Virus record (IMG/VR): IMGVR_UViG_3300032225_002203 | DNA from: an uncultured virus (IMG/VR IMGVR_UViG_3300032225_002203) | Lineage: Duplodnaviria; Heunggongvirae; Uroviricota; Caudoviricetes | Strand: one strand, 5' to 3' | Length of the DNA: 64,000 bases | In this document: positions 57,411 through 64,000 of the stretch, piece after piece | Layout of the letters: each line of letters begins with the position of its first letter | Position numbering within the stretch: the first letter of the stretch is position 1 | The notes under the pieces: generated by a model | Told to the model about the DNA's origin: nothing | The model's input: the letters and a program-made list of their open reading frames with translations, nothing else | Databases searched by the model: none | Made by a program: the position numbers and the translations under genes

Positions 57411-58040
57411 ATGTTTTGAAACTTCCTCAATTAATTTTTCTAATTCTTCTTCTGACATTTTATCAGTAACCTTTAAACTATCAATATCTATTAGGTCTCC
57501 AGGTAATTCTTGTTGAACTGGTGTTAAGATATAATCAGCAAATTCTAACTTCTCATCATCAGTAAAGCATTTAACCATTGATAGATACGACCAATCTAAT
57601 TTGTCTTTCCATTGTCTAATAAAATCAATTGATAAATCATTGGCACTAATAATAGACCAGAGATTTTTATCTTCAATAACTTTAGTATGATTATCAAATG
57701 AATCTGATTGAGTAGAGATATAAAGTATCATTCTATCCCAATTTATATTTTCTTTATACTCAGTAATAAATTTATCAGATAAATTAGAATAGGTAGTCAT
57801 ACTCAATTCATAAATATCATTGATATCTAAATATTCAATTTCTATAGCTTTAGTAATAAATTCTTCTGAAAAGTTTAATCCTTGAATAAGAATTTCTTTA
57901 TCTAAAATATCAGTACACTCTAAAATAGTATCTTCTGTTAATTCATAGTTTATAGCAATATCATAAGTATTATAACCACTTGATAAAAGCTCAAGTATCC
58001 AACCTCTATCTAATTTTTCTTCTATTTCAATTTTATTCAT
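57396..58040 (-). CDS. Tryptophan-repeat family protein
   Basis: Repeats LSDKFITEYKENINWDRM / LSIDFIRQWKDKLDWSYLS. Confidence 0.7.
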   Translation of the reverse strand: MNKIEIEEKLDRGWILELLSSGYNTYDIAINYELTEDTILECTDILDKEILIQGLNFSEEFITKAIEIEYLDINDIYELSMTTYSNLSDKFITEYKENINWDRMILYISTQSDSFDNHTKVIEDKNLWSIISANDLSIDFIRQWKDKLDWSYLSMVKCFTDDEKLEFADYILTPVQQELPGDLIDIDSLKVTDKMSEEELEKLIEEVSKHFGKY

Positions 58041-58069
58041 AAAAATAATTTCTTTTTATTTATATAATA

Positions 58070-58099
58070 AAAAAAGAGATTGTTCTCACAATCTCTTTT
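58070..58099 (-). terminator. Terminator after nrdA
   Basis: AAAAGAGATTGT-TCTC-ACAATCTCTTTT. Confidence 0.75.
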
Positions 58100-58118
58100 A
58101 ATACTAAATTAAATTGGT

Positions 58119-60668
58119 TTATGAGCCACATGCCATGCATTCCCCAGGATCTGAATCTAAACTACATGAGATTTCAGCCATTTGTTCTTCAACAGATTTC
58201 TTTTGTTCTTCTTGAACTGTAAACTTAACAGCATCAGATGCTGCTTTATTTCTCAAGTAGTAGATACCAGTTTTAAGATTTGATTTCCTATCACGATAGC
58301 ATCTTGGTTTACCTTCTGAATCATAAATGATTTCAATATTTTCACCTTGAGGAACATTAGGAGTACCATCAGCGTTCATAATGAAGTTTCTTCTTCCCCA
58401 ACCATAAAAATGCATGGCTGTCAACTTCGCAAAGTTTGGAGAGTCCATAAAGATATTCATTGATTGTGTTTGGTCAATAAAGGCACCTCTATCAGCCGCC
58501 ATATCAATAACATCTCTTTGTTTAATTTCATAAACTGTTTTAAACACTTCTTTCAAGTTAGTTGGTACTTCAGGAATATTCTGAACAGAGCCATTCTCAT
58601 TAATAATCTTCTTTCTTAAAGTATCACCCCATAAGTTTAACTTAACTAATTCTTTAACTAAGTATTTGTTTACTAAGATAAAAGTACCAGATAAAACTGA
58701 ACGAGTGTACATATTTGAAGTTTGAGCTTCACAAGATGCCTCATTACCTAAGATAGATGCTGTAGAAGCAGTAGGCATGATACAAGTTGTTAAAGAGTTT
58801 CTAACACCATACTTTTTAATATCTTCTCTTAATTTATCCCAATCCCATCTCTTAGTTGGAGTAACACCCCATAAGTCGAATTGTAATTTACCTTGAGAGA
58901 TAGGCGAGCCTTCATAAGTAGCATAAGCGCCCTCAGTTTTAGCTAAATCACAAGAAGCTTTAATCGAAGCATAGTAAATAGTTTCAAAAATTTCTTTGTT
59001 TATTGATTTAGCTTCTTCTGATTCATATGGCAAACCTAGCATAAAAAATACATCGGCTAAACCTTGAACACCTAATCCAATTGGTCTGTGTAATAAGTTA
59101 GAGAACTTAGCAGCAGGTGATGGGTAGAAATTAACATCAATTACATTGTTCAAGTTAATTGTAGCCGCATAAGCCACTTCATATAACTTATTGAAATTGT
59201 AAGTTTTGTTTTTGTTGATAAACTTAGGAAGTGCGATTGAAGCCAAGTTACAAACAGCCGTTTCATTTACGGATTCTTCACCATAAAACTCACTTAATCC
59301 TAGCTTAGTAAGTAACTCTTTGTTTTTCAAAATCTCACCTTGAGTTTTTGTGATACCAGTTGCTTCAACAATTTCAGCACATAAGTTAGAACTTCTAACT
59401 ACACCAATGTTAGCTTGGTTTGATTTCTCATTGATAGAATCTTTATAAAGAATATAAGGAGTTCCTGTTTCAATTTGAGATTCTAGAATTTTATTCCAAA
59501 CTTCTCTTGCTTTAAGAGTTCTTTTACCTTTTCCTAAATTTTCATATTTAGTATAAAGGTCTCTGAACTCTTGACCATAAGTTTCTGTTAAACCAGAACA
59601 CTCGTGAGGACACATCAAAGTCCAATCTTCATCAAGTTCAACTCTTTCCATGAACAAGTCATTCATCCACATAGCCAAGAATAAATCTCTAGCTCTTACT
59701 TCATCTTTACCTTGATTCTTACGAAGGTCTAAGAATTCCATAATATCTGAGTGCCAAGGCTCCATATAAATAGCAATTGAACCTTTACGTTTACCACCAC
59801 CTTGGTCAACGGCTCTTGCTGTTTCATTAAAGATTTTCAAGAAAGGAATAATACCATTTGAAGTGCCGTTAGTACCAGCAATATAAGTTCCTTTAGATCT
59901 AACTTTAGTGAAAGAAATACCAATACCACCAGCATTCTTAGAGATTTGGGCAGATTCTTTCAAAGTATTAAATATACCTTCAATAGAATCAGATTCTAAA
60001 TCTAATAAGAAACAAGATGATAATTGAGGACGAGTTGTACCAGAGTTAAATAAAGTTGGAGTTGCGTGAGTATAATATCCTTCTGAAAGAGTATTATAAG
60101 TTTCAATAACTTTTTCTAAGTTCTCACCCCACACTTGAAGTGCTGTTCTCATATACATATATTGAGGGCGTTCAGCAACTTTACCATCTAATTTCAAAAG
60201 ATAGGATTTTTCTAATGTTTTAAATCCGAAGTAGTCAAAGTTATGATCTCTTGAGTGAACAATTGCAGAATCAATATCATCAGCGTGTTTTTTAACAATA
60301 TTGTAAAATGATTCAGAAACAATTGGTGAATGTTTACCTGTTTTTGGATCAATATACTTAAACAAATCCGTAACAGTTTCTGAAAAACTTTTCTTAGTTT
60401 CTTTGTGTAAGTTTGTAATTGCTAATCTTGCCGCCAATATAGAATAATCTGGATGCTTGGTTGCCAATGATGCGGCTGTTTCCATCGCCAATTGGTCTAA
60501 AACATAAGTTCTAATATCTGGCATAATACCTTCAATTACTTTTTGAGCTACCTCAAAAGGGATAATTAACTTATCTAAACCATATGTTTGTTGTGTGATT
60601 CTATCTAGAATTTTATCTAACATTACCGGTTCTTTCTTCCCATTTCTTTTTACTACTTTTATATTCAT
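58119..60668 (-). CDS. nrdA: Ribonucleoside-diphosphate reductase alpha subunit (class Ia) with ATP cone
   Basis: VVKRNG, ATPTLFNSG, LSSCF, SNLCAEI, VCNLAS, PTASTA, YYLR, C-terminal CMACGS. Confidence 0.97.
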   Translation of the reverse strand: MNIKVVKRNGKKEPVMLDKILDRITQQTYGLDKLIIPFEVAQKVIEGIMPDIRTYVLDQLAMETAASLATKHPDYSILAARLAITNLHKETKKSFSETVTDLFKYIDPKTGKHSPIVSESFYNIVKKHADDIDSAIVHSRDHNFDYFGFKTLEKSYLLKLDGKVAERPQYMYMRTALQVWGENLEKVIETYNTLSEGYYTHATPTLFNSGTTRPQLSSCFLLDLESDSIEGIFNTLKESAQISKNAGGIGISFTKVRSKGTYIAGTNGTSNGIIPFLKIFNETARAVDQGGGKRKGSIAIYMEPWHSDIMEFLDLRKNQGKDEVRARDLFLAMWMNDLFMERVELDEDWTLMCPHECSGLTETYGQEFRDLYTKYENLGKGKRTLKAREVWNKILESQIETGTPYILYKDSINEKSNQANIGVVRSSNLCAEIVEATGITKTQGEILKNKELLTKLGLSEFYGEESVNETAVCNLASIALPKFINKNKTYNFNKLYEVAYAATINLNNVIDVNFYPSPAAKFSNLLHRPIGLGVQGLADVFFMLGLPYESEEAKSINKEIFETIYYASIKASCDLAKTEGAYATYEGSPISQGKLQFDLWGVTPTKRWDWDKLREDIKKYGVRNSLTTCIMPTASTASILGNEASCEAQTSNMYTRSVLSGTFILVNKYLVKELVKLNLWGDTLRKKIINENGSVQNIPEVPTNLKEVFKTVYEIKQRDVIDMAADRGAFIDQTQSMNIFMDSPNFAKLTAMHFYGWGRRNFIMNADGTPNVPQGENIEIIYDSEGKPRCYRDRKSNLKTGIYYLRNKAASDAVKFTVQEEQKKSVEEQMAEISCSLDSDPGECMACGS

Positions 60669-60768
60669 ATTTTATTTAATTTTTTTTGTCTTTTATATAT
60701 TGGTTCATTTTTTTATTAATAATTCTAAAATTTTATTTTTTTGAGGTTTTTTATAATGCTCAGAAAAA

Positions 60769-61737
60769 TTATAGAAAATCAATATTATTAAGTTTATTCA
60801 AATTATATTTGAATTTAGTGTTGTTAAGAATTTTACTAATCATATCAAGGTTTATATCATAAATTCTTTCATATGAATTTACTTTAAACTTAGAATTTTC
60901 ATAATCAACTTCAACAACATCACCAGTGATAGTTATTGCATGTTCTGTAAATTCATCAACCCATTGAAATTCAATTTCAGTACCTTCATAGATATTTCTA
61001 TTAGTAATTTCTTTGGAGTTGGTATTTTTACCAATATGATCTTGCAATTCAAATATTATTAGATTTCTCCATTTTTTATCCAAAAGTTTAAACATATTGA
61101 ATAAATTATCAGAAAAATAAACTGCCAGTTCATTAAACAACTCAACATTAGTAAAACTTTCACTTTGAAGACTATCCTTCAAGATATTATAATATTGATT
61201 AAAGTCTGTTCTAGAAGGTTTTCTACGATTGTTTAAAAAATTAATTGAAGTATTAGCTTCAAGAACTTCGTAAACTCTTTCCTTAACTAGTTTAGCTCTA
61301 ATATATTTTTCATTATCAATAGATTCAAAATAGTAGTTAGATGATCTATCTACTTCAATTGTATCTTTATGATACATATCAAAAGAACCACTACCATCTT
61401 CTTCATCTAAAGGATCTTCTTTTTTTCCTTTAAAGATGGAATCATATTTTAAAGAGTGTTTACCTTCTAACTTGTGCTTAGAAAGAACAACATCTTCAGA
61501 TTCTGTGGTATCTGTTTTTACTTCTGTATCGGGTTCAATTATGTCAAGGTCATCTTCATAAATTTCAATAACGATATCTATATCATCGTCATCGTCATCA
61601 AGGTCTAAACCACCTTCACTATCATCATCACTATCATCGGAGTCATTTGGGTCTTCTACAATTTCTTCAGTTGATTCAATCTCATCATCATTTTCTAGAT
61701 CATCAAATTCCTCATCATCTCTAACTTTTTTAGCCAT
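60769..61737 (-). CDS. Hypothetical protein with long acidic N-terminus
   Basis: D/E-rich first ~80 aa; lies between helicase and nrdA. Confidence 0.7.
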   Translation of the reverse strand: MAKKVRDDEEFDDLENDDEIESTEEIVEDPNDSDDSDDDSEGGLDLDDDDDDIDIVIEIYEDDLDIIEPDTEVKTDTTESEDVVLSKHKLEGKHSLKYDSIFKGKKEDPLDEEDGSGSFDMYHKDTIEVDRSSNYYFESIDNEKYIRAKLVKERVYEVLEANTSINFLNNRRKPSRTDFNQYYNILKDSLQSESFTNVELFNELAVYFSDNLFNMFKLLDKKWRNLIIFELQDHIGKNTNSKEITNRNIYEGTEIEFQWVDEFTEHAITITGDVVEVDYENSKFKVNSYERIYDINLDMISKILNNTKFKYNLNKLNNIDFL

Positions 61738-61765
61738 AGAGTTTTTTGTTATTTTTTTTAACCAA

Positions 61766-63100
61766 TTATTGGTCTATAAATTGGTCATTTTCAAGAGTTA
61801 GATAAATAGGATTCAAACTCAATTTAATTTGTGATTTTAAAAAGTCACCATCTCGTTGTTTTAGTAATTTGAATCTGTAAATATTTTGTCTCTTCATTTC
61901 TTCTGTTCTTATTATAGCAAAAAATGTATCAGCAGTTTCAGCTATTGCCTTAGATTCTGGAACACTTTCTAATGTAATATCAGCTGAGTTCCAAGCATCC
62001 TTAGCTACTTGAACACCGGTAATGACCGGAACTTTATATTTAGCACCTAAAGCTCTTAGAGCCTCTGCTAAAAATTTACCCTTTGTGTAAAGGTTATCAG
62101 CGGCAGCAACTTTACCAGCTGTAACAAGAGTGATATAATCAACAATAACTAAATCAATTTTAACATCCTTTTTTTCTTTTAATTTTTGAATGTAATTATC
62201 AAAATCATTTACTGTTGCTGTACCAGCCGCCCAAAACTTAGTGTAGATTTTACCAACTTTTCTTTCGAATAAATCAGCACCACTACCATCTGGCTTACTA
62301 AGGTTTTGAATTTTCTTCTTAATCATTTCGGTGTCTTTTGACATCACATCATAATCATTAATTGGAATTCTTAAACGCATAGCACCAATTCTTTTCATAA
62401 CTTTTCTTTCACTCATTTCAAGTGTTATATAAAGAACGTTGTTACCCATATCTGATGCCTTAAAAGCAAAATTTTGCATCCAGAGAGACTTACCGTTATT
62501 AGTCTCAGCCATAACAACATTTAATGTAGAAATATCCCAACCACCACCTAACATATGGTCAATAGATTCAAATCCACATTTTACTTTAAATTTAGAGGAG
62601 TCTTGAACGTGATTTTCAGGGTCATCAAAATCAGAACCCATATCATCATCTTGTACGAAATTGGTAGATGACATCTCATCAACAATACTTCTAATTCTAT
62701 CAGCGGCCTCAACAGCCTTTTCAAAGTCTGAAATAGAATCAAGATTTCTTGTTTCATCAATAATATCAACCGTACCTGTTTTCAAACGATTGGATAATAT
62801 CCAAGCATTGAACTTAGGCTCAATAAAATTCTTCTCATCATACTCTTTAAGATCAACTTGTAGAATAGATTTAAGAATATCCTTAGTAATTATACCTTCT
62901 TTATCTTCTAAAGAAACCATATCTAGTATCTGACGAGGAGTAGGAGTTTGAGTATCGTTACCTTTAATCATATACTCACGAATAACACCATATACAAATT
63001 GGATTTCGGAGTTTCTGAAAAAATAAGTTTTTACGATATCAAAGTACTTCTTGTTCTTGAGTATAAAATTAAAGAATACTTTTTCCAGTTGTGGAGTCAT
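61766..63100 (-). CDS. Replicative helicase (T4 gp41/DnaB-like)
   Basis: AETNNGKS, YITLEMSE, IVDYI, ESKAIAETAD, KQRDG. Confidence 0.9.
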   Translation of the reverse strand: MTPQLEKVFFNFILKNKKYFDIVKTYFFRNSEIQFVYGVIREYMIKGNDTQTPTPRQILDMVSLEDKEGIITKDILKSILQVDLKEYDEKNFIEPKFNAWILSNRLKTGTVDIIDETRNLDSISDFEKAVEAADRIRSIVDEMSSTNFVQDDDMGSDFDDPENHVQDSSKFKVKCGFESIDHMLGGGWDISTLNVVMAETNNGKSLWMQNFAFKASDMGNNVLYITLEMSERKVMKRIGAMRLRIPINDYDVMSKDTEMIKKKIQNLSKPDGSGADLFERKVGKIYTKFWAAGTATVNDFDNYIQKLKEKKDVKIDLVIVDYITLVTAGKVAAADNLYTKGKFLAEALRALGAKYKVPVITGVQVAKDAWNSADITLESVPESKAIAETADTFFAIIRTEEMKRQNIYRFKLLKQRDGDFLKSQIKLSLNPIYLTLENDQFIDQ

Positions 63101-63158
63101 TTAACCATTTTCATTTTTATATTATATCAAATGAAAGAACTAAGTTTAGGTTTTAAAC

Positions 63159-63947
63159 TTATTGTTCCTTGATTAAATCTCCCGGTTGATTCTTCTCTGA
63201 ATCACCAAATGTGGCAAATTTTTGAATAACAGGAGTTTCTATATCATCTAAAACCTCCTTAGTGTTAATAGGAAACCTATTTTTAATTCTGTTGATAATT
63301 TCAACAATACCATGTTTAGCAACAATAGTACCAACACCAACAGCTAATCCTAAAAAGTTTTGAGGAAGAGTTTCTAAATTTAAATCATACTTATCAATTA
63401 AATACATAACACCATTTAATATTGGTATTAAAAGTGATGTGTAAGCGAACATGTCCATAACACCACCAATGATAGCACCAACATGTTTACCTATAATATA
63501 AAATATATTTTTAATTGATTTTAGTGAGCTAATTAACTTTTTAACTATGCCATTTCCAATACCTTTCATCTTTAACTCTTCTAACATAGATTTAGAATCT
63601 TTTGTAAGTGATTCTTCTTCTTCAATTGTCTTAGATTTCTTTTCCTCTAAATAAGTTATTGTAAGAGCACAGATTGTCAAAAGAACTATTGACTCTTCGG
63701 ATAAATTGAAAGAGTCAATACCCATATTCTTCATTAAATTCTCTACAATTGGATAACAAGCACCAATACCAGCACCAAATGTCATTACTAAGCTAACATT
63801 AAGTCTTAAATCTGAAAGTACTTTTTTTGCAACTTTTTGAAAAGAGATACCACCATCAGATTCTTTAACTATTTGGTCAAATGAGTTTAAGAAATCTTGA
63901 GTCATATCATGCTGTAAGTTATAGTCGATATATCTTTGAATCTTCAT
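63159..63947 (-). CDS. Hypothetical protein with several hydrophobic helices
   Basis: VMTFGAGIGACY, IIGGVMDMFAYTSLLIPIL, FLGLAVGVGTIVA; ATATATA upstream. Confidence 0.7.
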   Translation of the reverse strand: MKIQRYIDYNLQHDMTQDFLNSFDQIVKESDGGISFQKVAKKVLSDLRLNVSLVMTFGAGIGACYPIVENLMKNMGIDSFNLSEESIVLLTICALTITYLEEKKSKTIEEEESLTKDSKSMLEELKMKGIGNGIVKKLISSLKSIKNIFYIIGKHVGAIIGGVMDMFAYTSLLIPILNGVMYLIDKYDLNLETLPQNFLGLAVGVGTIVAKHGIVEIINRIKNRFPINTKEVLDDIETPVIQKFATFGDSEKNQPGDLIKEQ

Positions 63948-64000
63948 ATTAAAGTATATATTATTTATTTACTGTCATTTTTTTAAAAGTCTAAAAATAT

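Noticed and set aside
58119..63100. Inteins or introns in nrdA or the helicase
   Set aside because: Lengths near normal; the insertions are short and lack intein or intron hallmarks
14292..63172. Other short ORFs nested in larger genes (14292, 14844, 23032, 26786, 27588, 28397, 30227, 30853, 31738, 32183, 34515, 35121, 35700, 38390, 40906, 49171, 52760, 62581, 62661, 62948)
   Set aside because: Overlap well-supported genes or terminators and show no recognisable motifs
1..64000. Stop-codon reassignment as seen in some huge phages
   Set aside because: Standard-code ORFs tile the window densely and conserved enzymes are full length
1..64000. Eukaryotic giant virus or bacterial chromosome origin
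   Set aside because: UvsX, gp41-like helicase, gp26-like and gp23-like sequences, GreA, intrinsic terminators and bacterial promoters, with no housekeeping operons, fit a T4-like large phage

Overview
AT-rich, gene-dense segment of a large T4-like (jumbo/huge) bacteriophage genome read in the standard code. Hallmarks are a UvsX/RecA recombinase, a gp41/DnaB-like helicase, class Ia NrdA, PhoH, a RuvC-like resolvase, a gp26-like baseplate protein, long virion/fibre proteins, tRNA-Cys and many accessory genes (GreA, cysteine synthase, Nudix, HAD, MazG, DNA MTase, Hc1-like). Bacteroidota-type promoters (TTTG-N19/20-TAnnTTTG) and the absence of evident Shine-Dalgarno sites point to a Bacteroidota host. 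Most notable observations: (1) a Ro60/TROVE gene preceded by two co-varying Y-RNA-like ncRNAs, one minimal (~63 nt) and one with a ~215-nt multi-hairpin insert in place of a tRNA-like domain; (2) about 18 unrelated proteins with a T4-like capsid-targeting N-terminus, mostly behind an ATATATA promoter motif; (3) a second, non-overlapping set of small proteins sharing an R-x-x-K-I-x-x-I-L tag; (4) a mini-protein resembling only the C-terminus of a T4-like major capsid protein; (5) an mRNA whose structured leader can pair with its own 3' end; (6) an unexplained multi-hairpin RNA after the Hc1-like gene; (7) a DUF2589 pair with a Zn-ribbon gene. All family assignments come from motif recognition by eye, not database searches.
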